DNA of 64,000 nucleotides, from NCBI RefSeq assembly GCF_023055435.1, contig NW_025964372.1, positions 7,626,001 through 7,690,000 of the forward strand, written 5' to 3'. The notes beneath the pieces are model-generated. The model searched no databases. It was not told the DNA's origin and saw only the letters and a program-made list of their open reading frames with translations. Shown here piece after piece: positions 11,500-25,418 of this stretch. The position numbers and the translations under genes are program-made. The stretch comes from Haliotis rufescens (Eukaryota). Positions within the stretch are counted from its first letter, which is position 1. Each line of letters opens with the position of its first letter.

Positions 11500-12690
11500 T
11501 TCTGGAATGCTCGTCAATAGTTTCAACAATTCGTCACTAGTTTCAATAGCTCTTCAATAGTTATGTACTATTGACGAGCTATTCGAAAAGACATAACAAA
11601 GTCGGGAGTGTGCATATTGTTGTTGTTTTTTCTCACTTGGGCAAACTTTATTTATCCAGGGTTACATTGTAAGTGTCAGTTTGCCATGGTAGACTTCACC
11701 TTTCAATATTTTTTACCTCCGTTATGAAGGCGATAAACACTTGGTTTAACTCGCCGTCAGACGCTTGTAAAAGATACATGTCTACTTCTTGTCCATTCCA
11801 TTTTCTTACTTTGTACCAAGTAGACAGTAACCGAAGGGCCCAGTCACATTTTTTAAAAGTATTTTTACTTTATGCAGATCTTTCCAAATCTTGCAATTCA
11901 AGTGAAGAGAGTGGCCTACCGAAACGGCGCGATACCGGACTTAAGGGGGGTGGAGGGGGAGTTTCAGCTTTTTATCGTGCAATCTCCACAGCATTAAATC
12001 CTTGCTGCAAGGAATAATTTCATCATCAGATGAAGTACCAAGTTCTATGTGGAATTTGCCAGTGGATGTTTCACCGACCGGAGAAAGAAAAAGCTTCAGT
12101 TTCTCATCAGGGCGATTAGGCAATTCGGTCATAGATTTACTTGTACCAACATTGCCGTCATCATCATACGCGGGAGAGATGTTTAATAAATTCTCAAAGT
12201 CACTGTTTATATCTTGTGTATCAAAGTTTTGCGAAAACTTACTCTGGGTCAAAAATAACTCGCTGTCTGAATCCGATTGACAAGTTATGTGGTTATGTCG
12301 AACGAAATGCACGCGCACAACTAATGACGTGCAACTGAAACCGGTTTCGCATGATTCTGGTGTGTTCGAGTGAACTGCACGCGCACAACTAATGACGTTC
12401 AACTGTTACCGGTTTCTGTTCTCGGTTACCTAATTGTCTGATACTAAGGGATTCAAACTTGCAAAAGCTATATAATATATTTTGCGTTTGTTTTTAGTTG
12501 AGGTGTACATACTTTTTGAAAGCATAATAGTTTTTTAAGGGGATGTAGCATTCCAATTAAACTAAAGACGCGACAATTTTGGTTTAAGTATAATAAACTC
12601 CGAAGACGCGTCAATAGTTGTGCACGGGTTTAACGCGCCTCAGACCAAACCCCGTGCACAACTATTGACGCGTCTTCGGAGTTTATTCTT
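11500..12690 (-). mobile_element. Degenerate Crypton-like (DUF3504-type tyrosine recombinase) element
   Basis: Minus-strand peptide SDSDSELFLTQSKF ... RRFGRPLSSLELQDLERSA*SKNTFKKCDWALRLLSTW...ELNQVFIAFITEVKN resembles the N-terminal region of CryptonA/ZMYM-type proteins. GTCAATAG-containing hairpins occur at both ends. Confidence 0.6.
12592..12687. repeat. Perfect 37-bp inverted repeat (hairpin)
   Basis: aataaactccgaagacgcgtcaatagttgtgcacggg (12592-12628) and its exact reverse complement (12651-12687). Confidence 0.95.
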
Positions 12691-13086
12691 TACATATAAG
12701 TCCAAGTGAAAACGTTCTTGCCTCCTATATTTATTTCGGCCTCAGTTCATTTACCATGGTGTCACTGGTTGTCGATCCCACGTAAAACACGTGCACATGG
12801 ACACGTTCAGTCGGCGTTTCAGAAGATAAGTCATCTCCACATGAAAAAATGGCGGCCTCACTTTGGTCTTAAGCATTATTGTAACGCCGAAAGCCACAGT
12901 ATGTGAACGTGTCACGGACGGAAGGTTGTATATAATTACACGACTGATGCAGTCAGCTGGGCAGTTATATTCCATAACATTACGCAAGCGCTCCAGGACC
13001 CGGTGAGATTAACTGAGTCAGATTTACGTTCCCAAACAAGCCGCAGCAACGTATATATAACACTGGTCAACCGAGACGGACAGTGG

Positions 13087-13150
13087 TATATAAAGCGCCC
13101 GTGATGGTCACAGCTCACAGGCAATCACAGCTGTCGTTTGCAAGGTAAGA
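13087..13150 (+). promoter_or_regulatory. TATA box, Inr and short non-coding first exon (alternative leader 1)
   Basis: TATATAAA at 13087, TCAC Inr 30 nt downstream (A13117), donor CAAG|GTAAGA at 13145. Confidence 0.55.
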
Positions 13151-14134
13151 ATTACCCTTCTTTTCTCTGTATGTATCGGGTACTTCAGTCTTCTATTAAA
13201 GTAGTACTTATGGATAAATACGGGATGTACGCGTGTTCAGGGTCAGATGTGGAGATTCTTACATGGTAGGTCTGCTTATACATGTATTGTAGCCGTTTGA
13301 TGAACATATTCAGAGACCATATAATAGACATATTGTAGAAAATACACGAAGCTTATACGTAAGTCAAACACAAAATGACCCAAGAATACATAACGATATC
13401 ATAAAACCATGCTAGCCAATCTGTTGTATACAACATTTCTTAAAATACTCAGTTCCTGAGGTAATTTCTAGATGGAGCAAGTTCGTTTAATCATTACTTT
13501 ATGTAACAGCGCTCAGCAGGTGCTCCCGAGTAGATGTAGAGAAATATGCCGACTAACCAGTAGAAGTTGTTGCTAGGATATTTAATATGGCTGAAGAAAT
13601 CGCGTAGAACCCAGAACACTAGAGCTAATCACGAACAAGCCTGTGGCCGACCCAGTGACAATAACTAGGACCTGAATAAAGTAAGTAGCTTAACTACCCA
13701 AGCTGACTAGAGAAACTAGCTTACCTACTAGTTGGTAAATTTGTTAACTCGGATATGTATTTAAAGGAATAATGATAAATAATTTAGGTTTAGATATTAC
13801 TGTAATTCAGCACAATTTATGGTGTTTTAATATACAACATACTCTTTACAAACATAGTTACATGTATATGGTATACAAACCACGACTGTTGCACTGCTCC
13901 GCTTGTAATGTTTTACTCTTTGGATCATAATAAACATATCACTAATATTAATATGGCCCTTGCGTATTGCTAGATGTAATGTATCTGGACAATACATCTA
14001 AAATATATGTAACAAAATGTATGGGTAAATATACCAAACATACAAATACAGTTATATAGCTATAAAGTACATTCTGTGTTTCACCTTACAAGTACATGGG
14101 ATAAAACAAATACATCTAATGCATATGAAATAAG

Positions 14135-14395
14135 GGTGAGTTGGGTTTCACGCCGTTTTGAACAGTATTCCAGTTATATCACGGCGTGTCAGCTTGATGT
14201 GGGAGGAAAGCCCGAGTGATGCAGGTCTCGGGCGTTTACCACTTTGGTGCAACCCACGAGCATGGGTATGGTGCTGTCAAACTTTGAAACATAATCGGGA
14301 CTTACCGGGATTCGAACCCACAATCCTGGATTTATGGCGTGCCCAAGGGACCGCGAATAGCTACACCTCGGACGGCTGGGCCACACGTGCCCCCG
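14135..14395 (-). mobile_element. tRNA-derived SINE family B (ACTC tail)
   Basis: Head GGGGCACGxxTGGCCCAG with B-box GGTTCGAATCCC; tail GCGGCGTxAAACCCAACTCAC. Confidence 0.8.
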
Positions 14396-15526
14396 CATCT
14401 GAGATACATGTACAAGACAGATTGTTAAACGCGTGTTGGTAACACCAGCGATATAATGATACATATTTTCGGCGAACGTTGTCGGGAACACATCTGCATA
14501 ATGAATAAAATTGTATGCAGAAAAGGAAAATATGTAAATACATACTACTCAAACTTAAAAAACCGATTCTTTCTGTGACTGTGACCTAACAGGACAGTTT
14601 TCCATGGTCATCTGTAAGAATCGGATGTTCTTTAAATCCTTGGTAAAACTATGCATAAAAATATAAAAAAGATCACCACTTAAAGAGACAACGATCTTTT
14701 ACACATGTACTTACCCTGATACACCAATCACTCGTATGAACCATTCATATACTTACATTCATTCATTACTGTACAGATAGGCTATAACATAAGATATATA
14801 ATATTGTTGATATATTTAGGCAAGGGTTTAATACTAAAGTCATACTGAATAGTCACATGATCAACTCACTGAATTCATCTAAAACAATAAATATTTACAC
14901 AAGTACAAACTTTCTATTTCAAATCAATCTAATCATTATAAAAATCATTATAAAAATCATTATAAAATAGAAACCATCCATTATACTATACATGATCAAC
15001 TTGCCTCAAATATCCATGAATATCTCACAAGTTCCCCAAATCCTCACATGAGTAGCCTCTACAAAAGAACTCGACAATTGTTACCGATTTGCTTCCTACA
15101 GATGTAAACTGGCAACTGACTTATGATGTATGAAATGTGAACATTGAAATGGAGCTGTGGCGGGCTTGGGCTATGGGAGAGACCTATACTGAGCAACGCG
15201 CTGCGGGAACGAGTGATGTGAGTGAGCATGCATTGTGACAATTAGTGGAGGAGAAAGTTTGCTTAATATTACAAGGCTATAGAATGAATGATTAAGGTAT
15301 AAAATGCAAAGTATAAAACGTAACTATACTTTACCTCATTCAGTGGGATGAGATTATTTTGCTCTGTTATGTATTGAAGGTACTTATCTAAATAAATGTA
15401 AGGTCATACAACCTTACCAACTACTTAGACGACTTGTAGAGGGTCTACCCGGAGAGTGGATGGCACGGGTATCAATCCCCGGCTGCATCATACCAAAATA
15501 CGTTAAGATGGTACTTGTTGTTACCC

Positions 15527-15790
15527 ACCCGTGAAGATCCGAGGTAGAATAGGTCTAAAACAACCCATGCTTGCTTAACAGGCGACCATGCTTGTCGTAA
15601 GAGGCGACTAATAACGGATCGGGTAGTCAGGCTCGATGACTTGGTTGATGCATGTCATCGAATTCCAATTGCGTGGATCGATGCTCATATTGTTAATCAC
15701 TAGATTGTCTGGTCGAGATTCGATTATTTACAGTCGGCCGTCATGTAGCTGAAATTTTGCCGAGTGCGGCGTTAAACAAACGAACAAAAC
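15527..15790 (+). mobile_element. SINE family A, full length
   Basis: acccgtgaagatcc...gcggcgttaaacaaacgaacaaaac. Confidence 0.85.
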
Positions 15791-16497
15791 ACTGTTAGTC
15801 GCCGTGCAGTGTTTGTTCACTACCCCCCGTATCATATTGACAATTACTTTGATGTTATAATTCCTGGCTAAGTTATCTGCCCTAGGCTGTCAATGTTGTC
15901 TACACAAAAGCAGGTGGTAATAGAATAGTATCAGTATTGCCTAACAAGTATTGATTTAATTAGTTTTAAATGACGGTCAAAACCTGGGCCAGCTGGTTAC
16001 AAAACATCTATTAAGAGAACAAAGGACAGTGCGGGCGTACCCGCCGACTTTATCTATGATTACGTAATTTACTGTTCGCGTTGTTGGCGATAAATAAACG
16101 AGAAATACTGGTCTGGCGACTTTTGAATTTTAGAATTTCCTTCAAGTTTAATTTGCGAAGAATATAGAAAAAGTACAATGAAACATATGCACTGTAATAC
16201 TACCATTATTGATATAATCTTCACTTTGAAGCTACATTATTTCCGAGAAACCCCGTTAATCTCAAAGAAAATGTACGAATGTGCATAAATGCAACATAAC
16301 TGAATTAAAGAGACAATTTCCGCGGTTATGTTGGACAAGCCACACTTTTCATGTTGTCATAGTCCTAAAACAACTAAATTCTAGAAGTATTGTCATATTT
16401 CAATGCGTTTTGTATTTGTATCAATATTTTATCTTGCAACCAGCGAAACCAAAACATTTCACAATCTTTGGATAATGTCAGTCACTTGTCCCGTCGC

Positions 16498-16815
16498 TGA
16501 CGTCACACACTGACTCGGGGTTATGTAACTGACCAGGGGTTATGTAACTGACCAGATGTAAAATGCTGTGCATGGCAATCATTTTAAATAGACAATGTCA
16601 GTTGGGCTGTAATATAAATTATGTGAAGTAATCGGTGCACCCGTATCGAATAATTGTTGTTCATACACTAGATATCTGCCAGTCAGCTAAGGTACCTAAT
16701 ATATTCCACAGGAGGACCAAGTCCCGGTATATGCGTACGGAGTCCAGTGGTTAACTTCACTCTGCCCCGAATACAGACTTAAAGGGGCTCAGCAGCCTTC
16801 TGTTTAAAGGTAAGA
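16498..16815 (+). promoter_or_regulatory. Promoter (CRE, 2 D-boxes, TATA, Inr) and non-coding first exon (leader 2)
   Basis: TGACGTCA at 16498; GTTATGTAAC at 16520 and 16539; TATATG at 16728; TCACT Inr with A16759 at +31; donor AAAG|GTAAGA at 16810. Confidence 0.6.
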
Positions 16816-16951
16816 TCAGGTTATATTCTGTCCTTGAACTTATTTTGTTTTTATACTATCTTTCAATATCCTGAACAATAAATTATATTTCATTTATTAT
16901 ACTACAAGGCTGCCGCGCGTGCGTGCTTGCGTGTGTGTGGTTACTTCACAT

Positions 16952-17224
16952 GGGGCACGGGTGACCCAGTCGTCTAATGCGCCGCGATTCGCTGTGCAGA
17001 GTTGCGTCCCTTGGGCGCGCCAGAAACCTATGATGATTGTGGGTTCGAATCCCTGTTCGCCCTGATTGTTTCTAGGTTTGTCAGCACCATACCCGTGCTC
17101 GTGGGTTTCACCGAAGTTGTAAACGACCTGTATCACTTCGGGTTTTCCTCTTTCATAAAGCTGACACGCCGTGATATAACTGGAATACTGTTAAAAGCGG
17201 CGTTGAACCCAACTCACTCACTCA
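16952..17224 (+). mobile_element. tRNA-derived SINE family B
   Basis: A/B boxes and an actcactcactc tail. Confidence 0.8.
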
Positions 17225-18653
17225 TTACTTTACATAGCGTAAGTAAGAGTACATGGTGGTACATACCCACGGGTAATCTCACGTAACTACTGTTTCACCG
17301 GGAATCTGGCTATACCCCGTCTATCATTTGGTTAAACATTTACAGCACTGAAATAATACATTTGTCTGTCAATACATCGGTCAAGCTGTGAATGTAAATG
17401 CTAAGTTGCGGTAATGAAATGCGTTAGTTACACTGGTGCTTCTTTTCAATTATTCTATGACACAATTCGCCTTTTATCCCCCGCCGCGATACAGGAACAG
17501 ATTTCGTCCGTCCTCCCACTTCTCAATGGGAACACATTTTCTCAAACTATTTGTTTGAGAACTATTTTAGTTAGAATTTACATTGATGTTACAGCAGCTA
17601 TCTCAAATGAGTTCTCAAACTGGTGCCGTAAATTATATTTATACAGTTACGACCCTTGATCCATCTTATTTTATGCATAGTGTCTGCAAGTGGCACCCGT
17701 TTTCTCAACTTACTGAAGTAACATGGCTGAACTTTCTGGGCTTACCTTAGAGATACTTATCAGGACAGTTTGACAATTGGTACCATAAATAACCTTCCGA
17801 CCCAGAGTTACGTCCCTTGTTACTTGTTTTTAGACCTGCAAGAAGACTCGTCCCCCTTTCGATGAATGTTATGTGCGAAAATGCGACAAACCAATCAGAA
17901 TGCGCGTATGATTTCAAGTTCTTCGTCAAAGAATCCCTCAGAAACAATTTTTTATTTAACATATGTCTTACATCTAAAAATATACCCAAGACAGTTAAAT
18001 GTAGTCAATCATACTGTATAATTCCGCATGTCCCGCTGTGCTTTAAATTGCATCTAAAATATATATAATATATGGGGAAATATATGTGAACCATTACGCA
18101 ACGAGTTGACAATTGTTTTAGGTATGCCCGTTTGCGCTAAGACGGAACCCGGTCGCAAAAATTGGCACGAGAGGGGCACAAGTCGCTATTCTGCTTGTCC
18201 CGTAATAACACGAGTTGGTCACGAATGAGATTTTGCGTCTCCTGTCTTCACCCCGTGGCGGGGGATAGTGATAACGCTGTTTTCATCTTGTAATTGTATC
18301 GCCACATGTATCCAAATAATCATGTTGAAACGTTCAAACCACTGATTTTAAGTTCTTCTCGCAGTATAGTTGTTCAATAACAATATTTATTTTCTTCAAA
18401 ATCTATTATAACTAATACACGTTCCACCGCACTGTCAACTGAATATCTGAACAGGGATGTGGTGTATTGTTTCAATATTATACGCCGATCGGTCGGGATA
18501 AAGACAATAACCCCCAGCCCAACTTCCCCCAATAGCACCCCCCCCCCCCCCCCACCCCCCATCCCCCAGACAATAACACCACCACCCCAACTACCCCAGA
18601 CAATAGCATCTCCCCCCCTACTCTTAATAATTGTCGGAATGTTCACCTTGCAG

Positions 18654-19465
18654 AGACATGACGGCGTTCTTCACTGCTGGCGCAAGACATGAATAGAGCG
18701 ATGACGTTGCTAATGGCGCCAAGGTCATGCCAGTGGAGCAGGCGACTTCCACGTAACCTATCACCTTGTAGCAAGCCTTAGGACACGCGATCTGGTGCTG
18801 CCGCCCTCGAAGTCAACGCCGCCCTCGAAGTCAACGCCGCCCTCGAAGTCAACGCCGGCCTCACCAATCGGCAAACCAGTTTATGCTTGCAGAATTGAGT
18901 CGTGTGTTGTCGTTATGCTTTGTCCAGACAGAACACTAGTTGAGTTACCTCCTTGCTCAGATGCGAGGTAAACCAGACTCTCTACACTTACATTGGCTGA
19001 GACCCTTATGGAACCTTATTGTCTGGAGACACCAGTACACATCAGTCATGAAATAACTGTCAGCTTGTTCTGTCAATGTGATGGTGATGTGGAGTTGTGC
19101 ACAGGACACAGAACTGTGATATTTCTAACAGTTTAATGAAGACTCAAAGGATTGGCTCACAGTTTATCAGCGAGCGGAAGCCCCTGCTTGACCGAGTGAC
19201 GTACATAGATCAGTCTGGGTTCCTGGCTACCTATCTATGGACGTGGACACTTCATCCCGGCAACTAACTACGCTGGCCAGATGTTATCAGTTGATGACGG
19301 ACCGAGGAATGTGGCTATTGGTCATCCCAAGGCAGCGGTCAGTATGTCCTGTCTGGACGGTTGTTGGGTAATAATTATCACCAGATTGACATACATCGGA
19401 AATATCTCTTGCCAGTGTGGTTAGAATACACCCAGTGTTCAATTAAAGGTATATATACTTAACTG
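18654..19465 (+). ncRNA. Candidate terminal exon of a lncRNA/smORF gene
   Basis: Acceptor ttcaccttgcag at 18642-18653 is the best + strand acceptor I found downstream of the two leader donors. Unique, GC-richer sequence; only short ATG ORFs (12 aa at 18658, 30 aa at 18689); ATTAAA at 19442. Confidence 0.3.
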
Positions 19466-20129
19466 AAAGTCCACAAGGCTAAACGATTGAAGCTGTGCTG
19501 TAGGTTTCTTGTATTGCGGACAGTACTAGCTGTCATCTAGTTGATAGTGTTCACGTGCAAGAAAACTATGTTGTGACGTTAAAAAGGCACTGAGAGTTTG
19601 GCACCGACCAATTGATATTCTAGGGATGGGGGTGATGGGCTTTTATCGAAAAAATATTGTCCCAGAAAATTCTTGAAAAAAATGAGTTTATCTTGCATAC
19701 TGAAAAAAGAAAATATCTACCACAAAAATACATTGTTGCAAGGTGTTTTCTGAGAAAAATATTCAGGCTCATAGTTTTAATTTACAAATATCTGGTTTTG
19801 CAACTGTAGCAGAAAAAATATGTAATCTGGAGACTCAGTCCAAGTCTTCTAAACCTCCAACCCCAATCCCCTGAATATCGGTCCCCCCAGTGTAGATTTG
19901 TGTGGAATATGGGTTACCAAGCAACGTGACTCTGTATGCGGGTGTATGATTTTAATCAACTATAGGAAAAATAATACGAGAAAGAATAGTTGTACCATGT
20001 TTAATATATACTATTTTAGGGAATATGTAAACAACCCCATGTGTTGGAATGAGAACGGAAATCTGTGTACAGAAATATAACGGACATGGTGTATCAATAG
20101 AAATTAAAGTCTTGTGTAGTAGTGACGTA

Positions 20130-20222
20130 GCCGTCTTTTGGGTGACGGTAGGCGTCTTTTGGCTGACGTTGGCGTCTTTTGGCTGACGTTGGCGTCTTTT
20201 GGCTGACGTTGGCGTCTTTTGG
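20130..20222 (+). repeat. 20-bp TGACG-containing minisatellite at the array edge
   Basis: ggcgtcttttggctgacgtt x~4. Confidence 0.85.
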
Positions 20223-23074
20223 GATGTTTGCTAATTGGTGGAATCAGCAGGGCAGGCAAGACTGGCTATGACCATACACAGAAAGCTGCTGAGTTTTAAT
20301 GGGTGGAGGCAGTGAGATGCACAACCATAATACAACAATACGCGTACAACACGTACGTCAATCATCATGATCATACAGAATGTATACACACGGAAACATA
20401 ATGACATTGTACGTTAATACAACAATACGCGTACAACACGTACGTCAATCATCATGATCATACAGAATGTATAAACACGGAAACATAATGACATTGATAT
20501 ACTGTAGATAAACAGACAACTATATAATACTAACGTAACATTAACTTGTAACTAACTGTAGCTTTGTCTCTTTCTCGTCTTTATTCAATGGAGTGACGTA
20601 GCGTGTCTTTTGGGTGACATAGACGTCCTTTGGGTGTTACTTCTTAATCGGGGGAATTAGCGGTAGTAGAGGTCACGACTGGCTATCACCTTGAAGAACA
20701 GAGAAGGCTGTTGAGTTGATGGCGTTTATTCGTTGGAGGTAGAGTGAAGTACATTTAATTATAATGACAAGATAATATGATACGTGTGCAACACGTGTTA
20801 AGAGGAAGAGTCACATTCATATAATCGTATACATATAATTATAATAATTCGATACGTGAACAACACGTATGAACGGTATGATCATGATAATATAATCTGC
20901 ATACAACAGATAATGACATGACTATATAGACGTACAATATATTGTATTTTAAGGTTTAACAGGTGGTTATGAAAAGGCATTTATTACGAGAAAATATGTC
21001 TGGTAGAAAACAGTACATGGGCTCCCGCTGTCACGCGTGGATATTTAACAACATACTGTTATAACAGACAATATAATATAATGTTGGCCGACTCAGTTTT
21101 CATTGCTACTAAGTTGCAGGCAAATCATTATGAGTGTCACTGAATGTAGGAACGTACTTGGTTATTGACATTGGTGCACATACTCATATTGGGATGTTGC
21201 CGTGCAACTAGTATGCTAATATACAAAAATATACGTTCGCGAAAGGCAGTATTGTCTGGATATTAAGTCAATGATAGTTTTCATAACGCTACGATATAGT
21301 CGAAATAGATCTTACCTACACCTAACGTATTACGATCGTAGCTGACAGGATGTTAACATTTAAGTCAATAGTGTCTTACCTTGAAGAACAGAAGGCTACT
21401 GAGTTGATGGCGTTTATTCGGTGGAAGCAGAGTGACATACATAAAATCATAATAACAATCCGATACGCGTGCAACACGTGTACACAGGCAGTCATATACA
21501 TATAATCATAACAATCCGATACGTGTACAACATGTATGGCCATGATAATGATGTCATCAATATATATATGTCTTACATTTGTTTGCATAACTATCTGACC
21601 AGCACCATGAGAAATGTTGAACCCGTCGGATATGCGTTATCGGGTTGACCCATGGCAGTCTAAATATAATGGAACGTGGTCGTTAGTAACAATCCTTTAT
21701 TTCACATTTTCCAATTCTTAATGTCATTTAACGTGATTAAATGTTTGTCCATTTCCCCATCTTAATAACAAACATGTTTCAGAATATAAAGATAGAGCCG
21801 ACTCATGTTTCATTGTTACTAAGTTGCAGACATTGTTCTGACTATCTCTGAATGTAGGAACCTGCTAGTTATTGACATTGGTACTCATACTAATATTGGG
21901 ATATTGCCGTGCGAATAGTAAGCTAATGTATTATGCATAAAATGATCGCAAGAGGAAGTTTTGTTAACGAGATATTTACCCATAACTTGCACCACGCTAC
22001 GATATAGTCCAAACATAATCTAAACCTAACGTACTATGATCGTAGATAGCAGAATAAGTTAATATCTAAAGTCAATAGATTCTTATCTTGAAAAACAAAA
22101 GGCTGCTGAGTTCTTGGCGTTTTCATCGGTGGAAGCAGAGTGCATTTGCTACCACCGACCGCCGTACCTGATATAATTAACCTTATGACCTATATAATAA
22201 CCTTGAACGGTTTGTTTGGTCTAGGCTGATTATAATACCTAGAATTTGTTGTCTGGGAATAAGCTTGGGACAGCACTCCTTAAAACAACCTAGAGAAGCA
22301 TCTGTTAGTGGCCAGTCTTTATTTGGTGGATCTCATCAGTGAGGAACCCGTTTTGGCTTGTGTGGGCGTGGTCCCGTTTTGCCTTGTGTGGGCGTGGTCC
22401 CCTTTTGCCTTGTGTGGGCGTGGTCCCGTTTTGCCTTGTCTGGGCGTGGTCCCCTTTTGCCTTGTCTGGGCCTGGTCCCGGTCCCGTTTTGCCTTGTGTG
22501 GGCGTGGGCCCGTTTTGCCTTGTCTGGGCGTGGGCCCGTTTGCTACGTCACAATGACCAAGATAGTGGGGGAATTAACTTGGTAGAGCTGATTACTCGTC
22601 TAACAACTTAAAACAGAGAGAAGGCTGTCGAGTCTCTTTAAGTCTTTATTCGTGGCAGAGCTAAAATACATAACACAGCTTTGACCTAGATCAAGTTATT
22701 GAAACCGTCCGTTTTAAGGGACAGTTTATACCTAGAATTGTTACGGGGAATTAACTCCGGGATCTCCATGCCTTCCAAAACAGAGGTTCTCAGGCGAAAT
22801 GCAGGAATTCTTCATTATATATGACGTCAAAAGGGCAACAACATACATTCAACAGCATCTCAGTATTCTTTTTCATAGTTAAGACATCACAATGAGAATT
22901 AACTAGTAAAGCATTAAGATATGAAATCAATTGTTAAGAAATGATAATGAGTTACATAAGAGTGGACTCGTTAAGATACCATGTTATAAACGCCATGGTC
23001 TCTTACAACATTGTGCTCAGTGAATGTCAATCATGTTCATAGCGTACATCATTCATAAATTTGGACATAAGGAT

Positions 23075-23547
23075 GATTTATGGTCAATTGAGCTCTTGAT
23101 AACTTTTCAAACAATTGTCTATTGGCTCTCCTATACTCCCCCCACGTGTCTGTAGCGATTATGATGTCATCGATGTATGCGTAAAAGTGTTTCTCGTCAC
23201 ATATGACTCCATTTATCAAACGCTGAAATTTTGCTGGCGCATTTTTCAGATCAAATGGCATCACATTATATTCGAACAGTCCTTCAGGTGTACAAAATGC
23301 ACTTACTTGCCTTGCTCTAGATGTTAATGGAATGCCCCAGTAACCTTTTCACAAATCAAACTTTGACACATATGTAGCATGCCCTATTCGATCAATGCAA
23401 TCGTCTATCGTAGGTAAAGGGTATGAATCTGATTTTGAAATGGCATTGACCTTTTTAAAGTTTGTACACAATCGTACACCTCCATCTGGTTTAGGTACTA
23501 GGATGCATGGAGAACTCCAAGGACTATTGCTAGGCTGTATGATGTTA
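23075..23547 (-). pseudogene. Ty3/Gypsy reverse transcriptase fragment, copy 1
   Basis: IIQPSNSPWSSPCILVPKPDGGVRLCTNFKKVN...YPLPTIDDCID...KFDL*KGYWGIPL...MPFxLKNAPAKFQR...YIDD. Confidence 0.92.
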
Positions 23548-25418
23548 TATACCGTAGATGAACAGACAACTATATAATACTATCGTAACATTAACTTGTA
23601 ACTAACTGTAACTTTGTCTCTTTCTCGTCTTTATTCAATGGAGTGACGTAGTGTGTCTTTTGGGTGACGTAGACGTCCTTTGGGTGTTACTTCTTAATCG
23701 GGGGAATTAGCGGTAGTAGAGGTCACGACTGGCTATCACCTTGAAGAACAGAGAAGGCTGTTGAGTTGATGGCGTTTATTCGTTGGAGGTAGAGTGAAGT
23801 ACATTTAATTATAATGACAAGATAATATGATACGTGTGCAACACGTGTTCAGAGGTAGTCACATTCATATAATCGTATACATATAATTATAATAATTCGA
23901 TACGTGTACACCACGTATGAACGGTATGATCATAATAATATAATCGGCATACAACAGGTAATGACATGACTATATAGATGTACAATATATTGTATTTTAA
24001 GGTTTAACAGATGGTTATGAAAAGGCATTTATTACGAGAAAATATGTCTGGTAGAAAACAGTACATGGACTCCCGCTGTCATGCGTGGATATTTAACAAC
24101 ATACTGTTATAACAGACAATATAATATAATGTTGGCCGACTCAGTTTTCATTGCTACTAAGTTGCAGGCAAATCATTATGAGTGTCACTGAATGTAGGAA
24201 CGTACTTGGTTATTGACATTGGTGCACATACTCATATTGGGATGTTGCCGTGCAACTAGTATGCTAATATACAAAAATATACGTTCGCGAAAGGCAGTAT
24301 TGTCTGGATATTAAGTCAATGATAGTTTTCATAACGCTACGATATAGTCGAAATAGATCTAACCTACACCTAACGTATTACGATCGTAGCTGACAGAATG
24401 TTAACATTTAAGTCAATAGTGTCTTACCTTGAAGAACAGAAGGCTGCTGAGTTGATGGCGTTTATTCGGTGGAAGCAGAGTGACATACATATAATCATAA
24501 TAACAATCCGATACGCGTGCAACACGTGTACACAGGCAGTCATATACATATAATCATAACAATCCGATACGTGTACAACATGCATGGTCAGGATAATGAT
24601 GTCATCAATATCTATATATATATGTCTTACATTTGTTTGCATAACTCTCTGACCAGCACCATGAGAAATGTTGAACCCGTCGGATATGCGTTATCGGGTT
24701 GACCCATGGCAGTCTAAATATAATGGAACGTGGTCGTTAGTAATAATCCTTTATTTCACATTTTCCAATTCTTAATGTCATTTAACTTAATTAAATGTTT
24801 GTCCATTTCCCCATCTTAATAACAAACATGTTTCAGAATATAAAGATAGAGCCGACTCATGTTTCATTGTTACTAAGTTGCAGACATTGTTCTGACTTGC
24901 AGACATTGTTCTGACTATCTCTGAATGTAGGAACCTGCTAGTTATTGACATTGGTACTCATACTAATATTGGGATATCGCGTGCGAATAGTAAGCTAATG
25001 TATTATGCATAAAATGATCGCAAGAGGAAGTTTTGTTAACGAGATATTTACCCATAACTTGCACCACGCTACGATATAGTCCAAACATAATCTAAACCTA
25101 ACGTACTATGATCGTAGATAGCAGAATAAGTTAATATCTAAAGTCAATAGATTCTTATCTTGAAAAACAAAAGGCTGCTGGGTTCTTGGCGTTTTCATCG
25201 GTGGAAGCAGAGTGCATTTGCTACCACCGACCGCCGTACCTGATATAATTAACCTTATGACCTATATAATAACCTTGAACGGTTTGTTTGGTCTAGGCTG
25301 ATTATAATACCTAGAATATGTTGTCTGGGAATAAGCTTGGGACAGCACTCCTTAAAACAACCTAGAGAAGCATCTGTTAGTGGCCAGTCTTTATTTGGTG
25401 GATCTCATCAGTGAGGAA

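Noticed and set aside
13502-15240. Solo LTR candidates 13502-13862 (TGTAAC...GTTACA) and ~14580-15240
   Set aside because: TG...CA ends only; no TSD, PBS or second copy to support them.
18374-18692. Gly-rich/Pro-rich ORFs
   Set aside because: Produced by a poly-C low-complexity tract.
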